DNA of 64,000 nt from Octopus sinensis (GCF_006345805.1 NC_043000.1:45756001-45820000), one strand, 5' to 3'. Shown: positions 36,950 to 50,794, counted from the stretch's first letter. Numbers and translations: made by a program. The notes: a model not told the origin generated them from the sequence alone.

Positions 36950-38239
36950 AGTACGTATTAAGGTGGTAGTGTTACTTTGATACAACACTTGGGCATCACT
37001 GAATAACGCTTCCTATACAAATATGCATCTCATTAAGTAAGTTTAGAAGTTTATATCAATTATCTTGAGACATATCTTTTTCATCCTTATCAATATTCAT
37101 AAGAGAATATAACACTGTCACAAAATATCTGGAGGGGTGCCAATGAAGAGGTTTCTATAGGGTCAAGCCACTTGCTAGAAATCAGAATGAATTCTACCTC
37201 AAATCACATCAAAACTCTTTAAAACTGAAGAGGCAAATTGGATGATATAATCCTGGGTACCCCAAAAAGGCAGGTTGGTCAGTTTTAGAATAACTCTAAT
37301 CACATGTCTACATATTTCCTCTTCTTCACAGCAACGTAGTGTAATCTATTTTTGAATTGCTTGTACCCACTACTTGTTATCACGGAATCTCACTAACTTT
37401 CATCAGATCATCTTGAAGCAGGGCTGACATGTGGCTTAGCAATACTTTTTAATTCTTTTTAATTCTTTTCATTTGTCCTTTCCATTAATAAATGATAAAT
37501 AATTCATGTGTTTTTCAAATATTTACTTTTATTTTTTTATTTTTGTTATTTATGTATTTATTATGATAACAAAACATAATGTATGCATGATGAATATATT
37601 TTCTCGGCGTGTTCATGACCCCTAAACAACATAATTTTGAAAATGAACAAAATCTATTTCAAATAATTTCACAAGTTCATACATTGTTTACAATTCACAG
37701 TTACCAAATCACACAAAAATAGATTTGTATGCTCTAGAGATCTGCTTGATTTCAACACAAATCTGTGAGCTCGCTGCTGACTATCTTATCTATTCTCAGC
37801 CCTCAAAAACATTTATGAGTAACAAGATAGGAAGACGCAAAGGAAATTTTAGAAAATAAAAATAAGAAATAAGTGGAAATTTTACCAGTGAGTGTGTTAC
37901 ATCATAAGGCGCAAAAAGAAAATGACTCTCCCCAGACACAACAGAATATGCTTCAACAAACGAACTAATATAAAGAATCTTGCAAACCAAATCCAAAAAC
38001 GAAAGATAGGAAGATACATATTATTATTTAGTGGTGTAGTATCACACTGTAAAAACCAATCTCAGTTTTACAAACATATGCAGTGAAGGTGAACCAGCTT
38101 GGAGGTCAGGCTTGCTAGCATTTGAATAGGAAAGTAGTTATTCCAAATAAAATCTTTAAATGAAGATACGTGGACTTTGCAATCTTCAACGAAAGCAACC
38201 TATTTAGTAAAGCAGTAGCAATGAAGAAAATACTTTTCA

Positions 38240-38770
38240 GGTGCAGGCATGGCTGTGTGATAAAAAGCTTGCTTCCCAACCACATGGTTCTGGATTCTCT
38301 TCCTGTGTGTGGCACCTTGGGCAAGTGTCTTCTACTATAGCCTCAAGCTGACCAAAGCCTTGTGAATGGATTTGGTAGACGGAAACTGAAAGATGCCTGT
38401 AATATATATGCACAGACATATATGCATACACAGAGATATGCTCATACAGATACACACAAACATATTTATATATGTATATATTAGGGGATAGTGATACTTT
38501 GATACAACTTTGGGCATCACTGAGTATATATATATGTACATGTATATGTATATGTATATATTTGTGCCTGTTTTTGTCCCTCCAACATTGCTTGACAACT
38601 GATTTTGGTGTGTGTACATCCCCTTAACTTAGCAGTTCAGCAAAAGAGACTGATAGAATAAGTAACAAACTTACAAAGAATAAGTCCGGGGTCAATTTCT
38701 TTCACTAAAAGGCAGTGCTTCAGCATGTCCACAGTCAAAATTACTCAAACAAGAAAATGAATAAAAGCAT
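38240..38770 (+). mobile_element. SINE family A with an expanded internal region
   Basis: Head ggtgcaggcatggctgtgtgataaaaagc, family A 3' body ending near 38770. Confidence 0.8.
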
Positions 38771-40059
38771 AAAATGTAGAGGGAACACTTCAGCCCTATC
38801 CTGTTAAATTTGTGACATGATAAATTGCACTCAGTCCAAACCATGTAAAGATTTGAAATAGGAAGAATATAGAGCTGTGGAAAGATACCTAGCAAGAACA
38901 TAACAATTAAATCAGTAGAAAAGAATTTCATTTTGTGTATAAAGAGCCAACACTTTGTAAGCACTTTACACAGTAACGGAAGGGAGCACGTGTAAGAACT
39001 TTTATACTGTCATCACACAATTGCACCAACTCTCTTGCTATCAGGCGCATAAAACAAACACTAAACAACCAAAGCAGCTCCAATAATACCTCTTCTTTGC
39101 CTGCTGCAAGATATCAGGGCAACTACACCAATGCTGATTATGAGGGCAGATTGTAAACAGGTTTGTGCAGTAATGAAGAAACGTATGATATGTACTGAAG
39201 CAACATGTGAGGGCACTTCAGTCAATTCCTCACAGGTAAGAATCATCTGTACAAATTCTTCTAGGTAGCTAACAAGGCTGAATTTGGTGCAATAACCACA
39301 TTGCAGCCAGAGAAATGGAAGGATAAATAAATTGAAGTTGTCATAGGATATCACAGGATAATTAAATTTAGACAAGTCATGGACAACATGTTGGTCTCTG
39401 CATATACACCATTATCAGGATTGATAGTTAAACAAAATGGCCATTTCTATGAGAACCTTTTATGGACCATCTCAGTGACAGATGACAGTGTCTTCATTAT
39501 CATGGCTCATGATTTTAAGTGAACATGTTGGGCAACATCATAATGACTATTCCTATTACATGGAGGCTACAGATTTTATAATACAAACAATCTGCTTGCA
39601 AAACTATCTTCAAGAAACCAAACTACAACCCAAAATCAACCAATTAGGTAAGCAAGTAAGTCAGATAGTCTTCATACTTACCAGGATACAGGAAAGACAT
39701 GTGGTTGTGATTACTGCGTTTTCCCTTAGTAAAGAATGAACTCTTTATCATAGATGTTGTGATTTTAGTTTTGATCACGTGATTTTGATTGTTTCGATTG
39801 CTGTTATATGCTTGCAGTGTGACTGCAGAGTTCTGTTCTGTTTGCAGACAACATGTTCAGTGCTAATTTTAGTTAGTCTAGAATGTAGCAACTCGCTACA
39901 TAAGAAATGTTATTGCATTGAAGTTTTGTTTTGCTTACAATTTAGCAATCTTTGTTTGTATTGTATATTGCTGTATTTTTAGTCGATTAAAACCTTTTAA
40001 ACTTTGATATTCAAGTTTGGGTTTATAACAATAGACAAGTAATTAATAACATCAGAATA

Positions 40060-41120
40060 AGAACTACACTCAGCCAGAAACTCAAAGCAATCAGGAAAAT
40101 GAAGTATGGGAAACCGAAAGATACTTTGACCAGAAACAGGTTGAAAGAAGTATTAGGCGACAGATGTTGAGAAGGAATAAACAGAACTATAAGACTGAAG
40201 ACAACTGGGAGTTTCTATGTCCAGCTTGCTGCTAGCAACAGACCTGATCAGTTGATTTGGGAATTGGTGTACTTGATAGAGACATATGAGCTAGAGGCAA
40301 GCCAAAAAGAATTTAAGAAAAATGGGAGCAAGGAACAATACAAGAGGAAAGGTTAGATGGCAGTTATACTTAACAAGAAAAAGGCTGAAAGTAAGAGGTT
40401 TACCAATAATCTGCAGCATGAGGATCAAAGGAGTAAAGTGAGATTGCAAAGCAGTTTTTCAGTATGAATTGGGATATTGTTAGTTATACTCTTTTACTCT
40501 CTTTTACTGGTTTCAGTCATCTGACTATGGTCATGCTGGAGCAATACCTTTAGTCAAGCGAATCGACCCCAGGACTTCTTTGTAAGCCTAGTACTTATTC
40601 TATCGGTCTCTTTTGCCAAACCGCTAAGTTATGGGTATGTAAACATACCAGCATCGGCAGTCAATGTTGGGGGGACAAACACAGTCACACAAACATATAC
40701 ACACACATATATATATACATACATATGACAGGCTTCTTTTAGTTTCCGTCTACAAAATCCACTCACAAGGCTTTGGTCAGCCCGAGGCTATAGTAGAAGA
40801 CACTTGTCCAAGGTGCCACGCAGTGGGAATGAACCCGGAACCATGTGCTTGGTAAGCAAGCAACTTACCACACAGCCACTCCTTAAGGATACCAGCACAC
40901 TTGCTCTTATTGAAGCTAAATAAAAAAATGGCATGTGAATGTTGCTATGAAGAGTAGTTGAATGAGGTAAACATTTGGGAGTGAAAAGGGTAACCTAAGC
41001 TAAACCCAACAGAGGGATATCTACTGAAGTTGATAGCTACATGGTCAAAATGGCCTTCGAGAATTTGAGGGCAAAGGAAGTAGCGGAGTCATCAGAAATA
41101 GTCAATGAAAATATTCAATA
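40060..41120 (+). mobile_element. Old RTE-type LINE fragment (endonuclease-RT linker) split by a SINE A copy
   Basis: Degenerate frames resemble RTE linker motifs (KKAESKRF...HEDQRSKVR; LNE...WE...NPTEG...MVKMA). SINE A on minus at 40486-40885. Confidence 0.5.
40486..40885 (-). mobile_element. SINE family A, full-length
   Basis: AAAAGAGT tail at 40486, head near 40880. Confidence 0.88.
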
Positions 41121-41914
41121 TCATTAGACAAATCTTTAAACAATCCTTCATACACATTGCATGTCCTTACCTGTACAGTTTTATTTCTTGTGCACTACTT
41201 TTGATTCCTCTTATGCCTAGTTCTTCTCTCAGTTCATTTGTCCTTAGCCATTCCTGCACATTAACATTACCCATCCAACTGAACATTACTTTCACATTTA
41301 TTTCTAGATTTCTGACATTTTGAGTGTTCATACGAATGCATCATGTAATTTCTCCTTCACTAAAAGGAAGACTCCTTTTATTACTAGTAAAGTTAATGGC
41401 TCACTGAACTTCTATCTCATCCTTACTGAGGGTATTTTGCTTTCAAATTACCCACCTTCACAGCTGATTTAGTCACTTAGAGAATAGACACTATCAACCA
41501 CATCCAGGGAGCCTTCTTGACATTTGAAAGAATTAACATTTCTACAAATCTTATTAAAAGAAAATCGTCGTTTGTAATGTTTTCTGAAATGTAATTGATA
41601 AAAACTACTTCTTATAATAACTATTGTTTGTATTACACCCACCTTTCCAGCAAAGCATATAACTCTGCTTTCTTCACTAAACAAAAAGCTGACTTCATTT
41701 CAGCTTTCATAATTCAATGGTTAACAATAAAGGCAAGCATCCAACTGAACAAATAATTTTCCCTCAAAAGCAAAAAACCTTCATCTATTCTATGGATACA
41801 GAAAAACGTATTTAAAAGAAAAAATATAAAATTCTATAAAATTGTTTTATTAGAAAAAAAAATGTCATAAAAGTTAAGAATTATACCCTTTCTACTATAG
41901 GCACAAAGCCTGTA

Positions 41915-42310
41915 CTTTTAGGGGAAGGTGTAGTCGATTAGATCGACCCCAATACACAAGTGGCATTTAATTTATTGACCCCATAAGGATGAAAGGCAGA
42001 GTTGACCTAGGCAGAATTTGAACTCAGAAAATAGCAACAGGCGAAATAACACTAAGCATTTTGTCCAGTGTGCTAACGATTCTGCCAGCTCACCACCTTA
42101 AATTTAAGCATTATAAGTACTGAGCCTTTAATATTTCTTCATAATTTTTAGGACTCTGGGTAAAACGTTTTACATTCTGAGTTCAAATTCCACTGAGGTT
42201 GGCTTTGCCTTTCATCCTTTTGGGGTCGATAAAATAAGGGTTGATTAAAAAGGATTGATGTAATCAATTTGTACCCTCTCCTGAAGTTGCTGGCCTTGTG
42301 CCAAAATTTG
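41915..42310. mobile_element. Two SINE-B-related copies in opposite orientation (41915-42105 minus, 42165-42310 plus)
   Basis: Minus head ggtggtgagctggcagaatcgttagcac; plus gagttcaaattccactgaggttggctttgcctttcatcc. Confidence 0.75.
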
Positions 42311-42644
42311 AAATCAATTTTTCTTCATATTTTGAGCAATAACCTTAATACCTTTCTGGTAACTACAAATTAAAAGTTAAAATTTTCTTTTAGATGTATA
42401 TCTTCAGAGCATATTTTTAATAATTGGAAGTAACATACATGATTTAAAATAATTTAATATGATAATTTAAGTAAATATAATTTTCCATTTACAAAATATG
42501 CAAGAAGAGAAATGAAGGCATTTTAGATGTCATCACTGTTTATAAAGAACAGCTGAAGAAACCACTTAAAAATATAACATATAATTCGAGTTTAAGATTT
42601 GTAATTAAAAACAGAATATACAAATGATGTATAAATTCTATAGT

Positions 42645-43035
42645 AATATGTGGTAAGTAGCTTGCTTACCAACCACACGGTTCCGGGTTCAGTCCCACTG
42701 CGTGGCACCTTGGGCAAGTGTCTTCTACTATAGCCTCAGGCTGACCAAACCTTGTGAGTGGATTTGGTAGATGGAAACTGAAAGAAGCCCGTCGTATATA
42801 TGTATATATATATGTGTGTGTGTATTTGTGTGTCTGTGTTTGTCCCCCCTACATTGCTTGACAACCAATGCTGGTGTGTTTACGTCCCCGTTACTTAGCG
42901 GTTTGGCAAAAGAGACCGATAGAATAAGTACTAGGCTTACAAAAAATAAGTCCTGGGGTCGATTTGCTCAACTAAAAAAGGCGGTGCTCCAGCATGGCCA
43001 CAGTCAAATGACTGAAACAAGTAAAAGAGTATAAG
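42645..43035 (+). mobile_element. SINE family A, near full-length
   Basis: tgtggtaagtagcttgcttacc...ggttccgggttcagtccc...gactgaaacaagtaaaagagt. Confidence 0.9.
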
Positions 43036-43209
43036 AGTGTATGGCTGTATTAAAAGCAGGTACATATAGTTCAGAAGTTTGCGTTTGAAGCACATGATTT
43101 TAGGCTCAATCACAGTGTATGACACTCTGTGTCAGTGTCTTCTACAATAGCCCCAACCTGACTAAGCCTTGTGAGTGGTTTTATAAGATGGAAACTGAAA
43201 GAAGCCTGT

Positions 43210-43272
<63 letters not shown>

Positions 43273-43344
43273 ATATATGACAGGCTTCAGATGTTAAGCC
43301 TCACAGAGGGAATGTCAAGTATCTGGAACATCTTGGCAATTTGC

Positions 43345-44311
43345 TGCATTTGAGAAAACACATCAAGCTAAGTAAAATTGTGGTCATACAGGTGAAACCT
43401 TTACAGCCATGCCCTCTCTGCCTCACACACACACGCAGAGTCTGTCCCATATCAAAACTTCCCCACCACCCATATACCCCCTTCCCTACCCCTGATCACT
43501 ACCTGCTGCAGGATCCCCCGCTCTCCTTTACTTGCCTTCCTGCAGACATACAGGTGAAACCTTTACAGCCATGCCCTCTCTGCCTCACACACACACGCAG
43601 AGTCTATCCTATGTCAAAACTTCCCCACCACCCATATACCCCTCCTTCCCTACCCCTGATCACTACCTGCTGCAGGATCCTCCGCTCTCCTTTACTTGCC
43701 TTCCTGCACACACACTCCAAGCCCTCACATTTCCATCTAGACGACCCCTGCCAATCCCTTTTCTCTCACCAGTTACCTCTTCTCCATATTTTAAAATCTT
43801 CCCTCACACTTTTATGAAGTATCCCCCACTATCCTTTCTGTACCACTTATATTTACTTATATTTACTCCCGTTGCACCTTATGGGTATGTTCTGATACAC
43901 CTCCAACACTTTCTATTACTCTCTCTTTCTCTCTCTCTCACATACACACTCTGTCTCTAATTTTCTCTGTATCTCTCTTTTCTCCCCTTTCTTTTCCTAC
44001 CAGAGTAGCCAAGTAAGACACCTATCTTTATCTCTCTATTATACTTTCTCTCAACTAACACAAAACCATGTCCCTCGGTACCACTCCCTCTTTCAGCTGA
44101 AAGATCTTAGTCTTGCAAGTTACTTAGCAACCCCACTGGTGCTGTTGTCACATAAAACGTACCCAATACACTCTGTAAAGTGACTGGCATAGGAAGGGCA
44201 TCCAGCCACAGAAATCATGTCACAACAGACAATGGAAGCTGGTGCAATTTCCTGGCTTTCCAGCACCAGTTAAACCATTCATCAGATGTCGGCATGGAAA
44301 AAGAATGCTAA

Positions 44312-44360
<49 letters not shown>
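43345..44360 (+). mobile_element. RTE-type LINE 3' end with a long UTR and ~170 bp tandem duplication
   Basis: cagacatacaggtgaaacctttacagccatgcc... occurs twice (from ~43385 and ~43545). Ends in (GAT)n. Confidence 0.7.
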
Positions 44361-44362
<2 letters not shown>

Positions 44363-44399
44363 GTGTTGGTGGTGCTTTATATATATATATATATATAAA

Positions 44400-44900
44400 A
44401 AATATATATAAAAAATACAAAATGGGACAAGAACGCAAAACATTCAAATAGACGACACAAAAAAATGGGAGCCTCTAATCTTCAGTCAAGAACTGGATCA
44501 TCCTTGCAATTTTGGCTGATTAATCTTGAGATCACTCCGATCTGGCCAGCCCCAAGGAAAAACTAAGCTACGAGCATTAGATTTATTTGAAAAAGGATCG
44601 AATGTATACGATACAAGGACAGAAAAATGGACGATGCCACACAAATGTAAATACAAAAAAACAATAATAATAATAATAACAGGACAAAAACAACAGGTGT
44701 CTTTCAACTTTAGACAGTTCAACTTAGCTATATATATATACATAGTCAATCCAAACAAGAACGAGCAAGAAAAAACAACACGAGGATGTGGAACAAGTAC
44801 TGTGTTATTGGACGCTCAGGAAATGAAAGAAAAGAAAGAGGATATCATGTTTCGAGCAGAGCTCTTCATCAGAAATATAGAAAAAGTTTAAAGAAGGGAA
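44400..44900 (-). mobile_element. Penelope-like non-autonomous remnants with a hammerhead-like motif
   Basis: Minus strand 44846-44876 reads attt CTGATGA a gagc tct gctc GAAA catg. The region also contains the 4540-type repeat. Confidence 0.55.
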
Positions 44901-45019
44901 GGCAGAGAAAGAGAATCGCCGACGATACACATGCAGTCACATATTAAAATGACCGAAAGGGAATGGGTGAAGAAAAAGTTCTTCCTAAAACAAGCGAATG
45001 CAAGAGAAGGATATGTGTG

Positions 45020-45590
45020 TGTAAGTGTAGGTATGTGCGTGTGCGCAGGTCTGTGTGTGTATGTGTGTAATGATAGCACGTGTATGAGCGTATGTGTCTG
45101 TGTGTGGTTGTGGCTGTTTATGTGTGTGTGTTTGGACTTAGTGTCGCTTAAGGTCATAGGAAGAATTTATAGTAAGAATTTTGGTAGGAGTGGCTGTCTG
45201 TTGTGTGCCTCCTTACACATGTGCGTAGGAGAATGGTCAGTAGAAAGGTGTTTAACTGGTAGTTTGAAGTATGTTTATGTAGAAGTTGTGTGTGTGGTTT
45301 GTGTGCAGTGTGTGTCTGTTTATATGTGTATGTATGAGGTTGTGTGTTGGGTTGTGTCTGTGGAGTATATGTACGTTACTCTGTGTGTGTATGTGTGTGA
45401 GTGTGTGTGCTTGAATGTGCGTGTATGTGTCCATGTATGCATAATTGTGTGCGTGTATGTATGAGCGTGTATTGTGTGTGTATGGGAGGTATGTGTAGGT
45501 TCATCTGCGTGTGCGTGTGTGTGTATGTGTATGCAAGTGTATATATGTGTGCGCATGTGACTGTATGTGGGTGTATGCATGTGTAGGTAT
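45020..45590. repeat. Degenerate (TG)-rich cryptic microsatellite array
   Basis: Imperfect GT/AT/GC alternation. Similar arrays at 4255-4510, 11190-11420 and 57580-58310. Confidence 0.9.
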
Positions 45591-47012
45591 AAAATATCAC
45601 TGACAGATATGCACCAGCCCCTAACCCACAAGAGTACATTTTCCTATCTCTACCTTTTTATATTGCTACTAAAATTACTCTTATCCTCAGTAGTAGCTGA
45701 TCTCATACACAGACCACTCAAATCCACCTGACTTATCTCTCTTCCTCTCATCTCTCATGCTTTCTTTCATCCAATGCTAAGGCCCCACACAAACCATTAC
45801 ATCTAGTTCTTCTTTCCCTGGAATGTCTTTCCTAGAGGTGTTGGCTTTCAACAGCTTAATTGATTTCCTTGGTCTTGGACAACTTGTGAAGATCATAAGC
45901 CTTCAACTAGAACCAACAACTGAAAAATAAGCGAAAAATAATAGGCATCATAGGGTCGATGCATATCCTGTGTGCAGATAAAGTTTTTTGCAAATTACAG
46001 TGTGGCTTACACTGCATTGCTTATCCATGCTTTTTTATTGGAGTGAATTAAATTTTGTAAGTGTTTGACTAAAAGCAGATTAGAAGCCTAAGTAGATGAT
46101 AGCTGAAAATAGACTTGATCGATGTCTACACCAAGCACAAATGAGTAAAATTTGCATATGACTAAATGAATGATTATTCAAATAATAATCATGATTATGA
46201 AATAGAAAGTGAAGAAAATGAAATACTTATAGAAAATATTGCATAGAATTTGAGAAGTGTTTTCAACGTCTTTCAATGATGGTAGGTGAATCAAACATAC
46301 CGTAGTTTGTTGTGGGATATAAATAATATGACTACTTAACAGAAAATTTGTAAGTTTGATTTTTTTTAATAAAATATTTTTTTCTTTAAATATCACTGTT
46401 ATAGGTATACTCTGGTGAAATTAAAAAATCAACTCATAAATAAACGGAACCCTCAAATCCATCACTGTACACACATAAAGAGTTGCATATCTCTCTATAT
46501 ATATATTTATGTATGTATGTATGTATGTATGTATAAACATGTGTCTACATGCATAGGTATGATATGATCTATACACATGCAAATGAGGGTAAAATCAAAT
46601 GATATATATATATATATATTGCGTACTATTCCATGATGATAAGATCAACAAAAAAGTACTCCCTATGGAGAAAGAAAAAGTATTTAATAGACATAATATA
46701 TGTTTTTATGTGCTAATAATAGATTCTTGTGCTGAGAACATGCCAAAACGATGCATATCCTGTGTACATGAATTCTTTCACAAAAAATCTGCCCAGTCAA
46801 AACGTTTTGATTCACCTGTCTGCTAGTTTTGATGATAATCAAACCAAATTTTCATCAGTTTAAGCCACTCAACCAATGAGTATTTCTGCTAAATTTGGTG
46901 TGCTAACACAGACAATATGAGTGACTACAATATCCTGCTTTCACTTAAGCACACATTGATAATAAATAAAAATGCATTAAATGAAATATAAAAAAATGAA
47001 ATTGATAATTAC

Positions 47013-47154
47013 CGCATTAACAACGATATCTTCTTTTCCTTCACTATCAAGAACTTTCTGTTGAATTATGGACATAGCAGTTTTTCCCATCTTAGAGACA
47101 CCATATGCTGTTGAAGGCCGGCCTTTTGCTTCATGATCACCATTTTTCATATCA
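47013..47154 (-). pseudogene. CBR1: Carbonyl reductase (CBR1-like SDR) exon with the catalytic YxxxK
   Basis: tttacatcag|T GAT ATG ... AAT GCG|gtaatt, 142 nt. Translates DMKNGDHEAKGRPSTAYGVSKMGKTAMSIIQQKVLDSEGKEDIVVNA, compared with CBR GWPSSAYGVTKIGVT...ILLNA. Confidence 0.88.
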
Positions 47155-47195
47155 CTGATGTAAAAATTGTAAAAGTTATATATAAATATATATAT

Positions 47196-47552
47196 ACTCT
47201 CTCTCTTTTACTCTTTTACTTGTTTCAGTCATTTGACTGTGGCCATGCTGGAGCACAGCCTTTAATGGAGCAACTCGACCCCGGGACTTATTCTTTTTGA
47301 CGGGGACATAAACACACCAGCAACGGTTGTCAAGCAATGCTAGGGAGACAAACACAAACATACATGCACACACATATATACATATATACGACGGGCTTCT
47401 TTCAGTTTCTGTCTACCAAATCCACTCACAAGGCTTTGGTTGGCCTGAGGCTATAGTAGAAGACACTTGCTCAAGGTGCCACGCAGTGGGACTGAACCTG
47501 GAACCATGTGGTTGGTAGACAAGCTACTTACCACACAGCCACTCCTGCGCCT
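47196..47552 (-). mobile_element. SINE family A
   Basis: Tail at 47196, head at ~47550. Confidence 0.88.
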
Positions 47553-47598
47553 ATGTATAGAGATAAATAAAAAAAATTAAGTCTGCAAATTAAACACT

Positions 47599-47860
47599 GG
47601 CACAGGAGTGGCTATATAGTCAGAAACTTGCTTCCTAACCACATGGTTCTAGATTTAGTCCCACGGTGTGACACTTTGGTAAAGTGTCTCCCATTATAGC
47701 TTTGGAACAACCAAAGCCTTGTGAGTTGATTTGATAGATGGAAACTGAAAGAAGCCCATCATATCTGTGTTTGTCTTACACCACCACTTGACAACTGATG
47801 TTGGTGTGCCTACATCCCTGTTGCTAAGCAGTTTGCAAAAGTGATCTCTAGTATAAGTCC
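47599..47860 (+). mobile_element. SINE family A, older 3'-truncated copy, head-to-head with the previous one
   Basis: ggcacaggagtggctatatagtcagaaacttgcttcc head. Confidence 0.75.
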
Positions 47861-48048
47861 TCCAGAAACTGTGGGCCTCTGATAATATTAAGCATTGTCA
47901 TTATTATTTAGAACATTTTTTGACTAAGCCAGAATTGTTCCAAGATATATCAGTATTGTACATCACAAGCTGTGTGGTGTTATGAATAACTAATATCAAC
48001 ATGTAGAAGAAATAAAAATAACAACTTGTACAGAAGAGGGGAAAGTAC

Positions 48049-48228
48049 CTTATAAGCTATACCAGCATTGTTGACAAGGATATCAAGGCTTCCATTAGTT
48101 TCTTTCATATAGTTTGCAAAAACGGAAATACTTTTAGTGTCTGTGATGTCAAGTTGATGGAAAATTGGCCTGACATCCTCCCTTGCTAAGTTCTGCAATA
48201 GCTGCTTCTCCACGTCCAACATCACGAG
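48049..48228 (-). pseudogene. CBR1: CBR1-like exon with a +1 frameshift
   Basis: tttttacaag|CT CGT GAT ... TAT AAG|gtactt, 180 nt where 179 is required. (A)RDVGRGEAAIAELSK is in one frame; EDVRPIFHQLDITDTKSI...LDILVNNAGIAYK is in the next. The extra G lies in AAGGGAGG at ~48180. Confidence 0.9.
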
Positions 48229-48587
48229 CTTGTAAAAATGAAAAAAGGCAGTTGTAATATCAGAGAATTGATAAAAACTTCATAATATAGAAGAAAACTT
48301 AACTTATTCTATAGTTAATTCATATATATATAATAGAAATATTTTACAAAAAGAAAATAGAAGCTACACATGGTAATGTAAGGGGAAAGTAAGAAAAATC
48401 AACGAAAATGCACATTGTAAATAAAAAAGTAAAGGCTTTTTATGAAAAGTAATGAAAGATATATATAATTAGATGAACTGAGGTAGGAATAGAAGTAATA
48501 AGAGTCATTATTGTGAGATTATTAAAGAGATTCAAGCAATTATATATAATACCTATCATCCATTCATGCATAAATTTTGATACTAAG

Positions 48588-48985
48588 GTGCAGGAGTGGC
48601 TGTGTGGTAAGTAGCTTGTTTACCAACCACATGGTTCTGGGTTCAGTCCCACTGCGTGGCACCTTGGGCAAGTGTCTTCTACTATAGCCTCAGGCCGACC
48701 AAAGCCTTGTTAGTGGATTTGGTAGACGGAAACTGAAAGAAGCCTGTCGTATATATGTATATATATGTATATGTGTGTGTGCGTGTATGTTTGTGTTTGT
48801 CTCCCTAGCATTGCTTGACAACTGATGCTGGTGTGTTTATGTCCCCGTCACTTAGCAGTTTGGCAAAAGAGATTGATAGAATAAGTACTGGGCTTACAAA
48901 GAATAAGTCCCGGGGTCGAGTTGCTCAATTAAAGGCTGTGCTCCAGCATGGCCGCAGTAAAATGACTGAAACAAGTAAAAAAAAA
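48588..48985 (+). mobile_element. SINE family A, full-length, intronic
   Basis: Head ggtgcaggagtggctgtgtggtaagtagc and full body. Confidence 0.92.
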
Positions 48986-50067
48986 AATATAGACAATGAA
49001 ATCTTAGTGAAAAATATAACTTGTATACAATACAAACTGGTTCTTCTTTAGAATTAGAAAAATAAAAAGAATTTATATAGATTTTTCATAATTGCTTCAT
49101 AAAATTTCAAAACAAAACAAAATGTCAATATTAAATGCGATCTTTGAACTTGACAGGTTTAGGCAATAAAAAGTGTCCAGTAGCGCTTTAAAGTCACAAC
49201 CAGTAACCTTTTCTCAGTTTTTATTTACCTGGTGATCTAGACCAAAACCAACAATGAACCCTGGTTAATGTATGTTCTTGTCACCTGATTCTCTTTCGTT
49301 ATTGTACTGGACACCCCGATTTCTAGTTTACAGTGAGACCAACTTGGTGATAACTTATGTTGTGGTTTTTGCTGCTGTTTTGGTTGTGTTTGTCACTCAT
49401 ATTTGGTTTGTCTTTCAGGGGTGCTCAAAGTTTTCCTTCCAACAGAACTCTTCATCATGTCCAGTAGTATTAGTGTAACCCATTATCAATAACATACTGC
49501 AAAATGGTTGGTGACCATTGAATAGTCAACAGACATGTATTGTTTATAATAATTCATTTGAAGAGTTCAAATCCTGCTGCATTCAGCTTTGCCTTTCAAC
49601 CTTCTGGGGTCAATAAAATAAAATGCTAATCAAGTACAAGTTTTGACATAATCAACTGTCCTCCCACTACTCACAAATTTCCAAATTTTGTGCCTATATA
49701 AAAAAGCATTTTCATTAAACTTAGCCATATATTTTTAATAAGATGGATCAACTTGGCTCTTTCCAACAAGGAACTCAATTGTAGACAATTTCAGAGAGAC
49801 ACACTTGCATATTATTCTCAAATTCCCAATTGGCAGTCTTACACAAAATTCATGTTTTTGTTCTGCACTTTACTGAAAACACTTGTTGACAATGATAAGT
49901 GAATGGGAAGAGCAAATACCTTTCCTCCCATTTTCTAGACATATGTGTTGCATTAAGATGGTAGTGGTTTCACTGTTTTTACAAACTTCACTCACCTACC
50001 ACAATTCTCCTGGCATGCCCCTATGTGTACACATACCCCACTGCAATAATAATAACAATAAACTTAC

Positions 50068-50142
50068 CTGTTGCTATCACATCTCCTTCAAACTTTTTAC
50101 ACAGAGCTCTGACAATGGCAAAACCAATCCCTTTGTTACTTC
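50068..50142 (-). pseudogene. CBR1: CBR1-like exon with the Rossmann GxxxGIG motif
   Basis: tcctcaccag|GA AGT AAC ... GCA ACA G|gtaagt, 75 nt. Translates (G)SNKGIGFAIVRALCKKFEGDVIAT(A). Phase matches the 48228 exon. Confidence 0.9.
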
Positions 50143-50730
50143 CTGGTGAGGAGGAGGCAAATTGAAATATCATCACATATCTCTGTGATGAATTCTTGCA
50201 AATAAAATTAGTTACATCATGTAATACACCCAGTAATGCCAAAGTATTGTATCAAAGTAGGAGACGAACAGAAGGATGTGGTTTGAGGGAGAATTAGTTG
50301 CTATATATGGCATGTCTAGTTAATATGTTGAAGTCTCATTTGTATGTTCATGCAGAAATATAAACATAAATAAGACAACAAAGCATTGTTTGAAGGAACT
50401 TTGGTTGCGATTTCTGCCAGGAATTGTTACAATATTGATGTCCCTCCATTTCACAGTCTCATTGTTGATATTCTTTTTTTAGCCACAATTTGGTCCTAAT
50501 CAAAGCTTACAAAGAATAAGCTCTGGAGTCGATTTGTTCGACTGAAGGCGGTGCTCCAGCGTGGCCACAGTCAAATGACTGAAACAAGTATAAGAATTCC
50601 CCTCTCAGATTCACACACTTATTGCAGCTATCCTTCAGTCTTTGTAAGCCCTGTAAAAAGAATTCGGAGGGTTGGGCCTCCAACCAGGCTTTTCATGATA
50701 CCCTTAAAGCCAGGAACTTTTCAGCATCCC

Positions 50731-50769
<39 letters not shown>

Positions 50770-50794
<25 letters not shown>

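Noticed and set aside
39061-39375. 104 aa minus ORF and exon-like plus-strand segments ending cag|gtaag
   Set aside because: No recognisable domain and no consistent gene model.
41469-41684. Candidate last CBR exon (CCPGWV-like)
   Set aside because: Only a fleeting CCTGGATG match; surrounding frames do not give CCPGxVxTDM.
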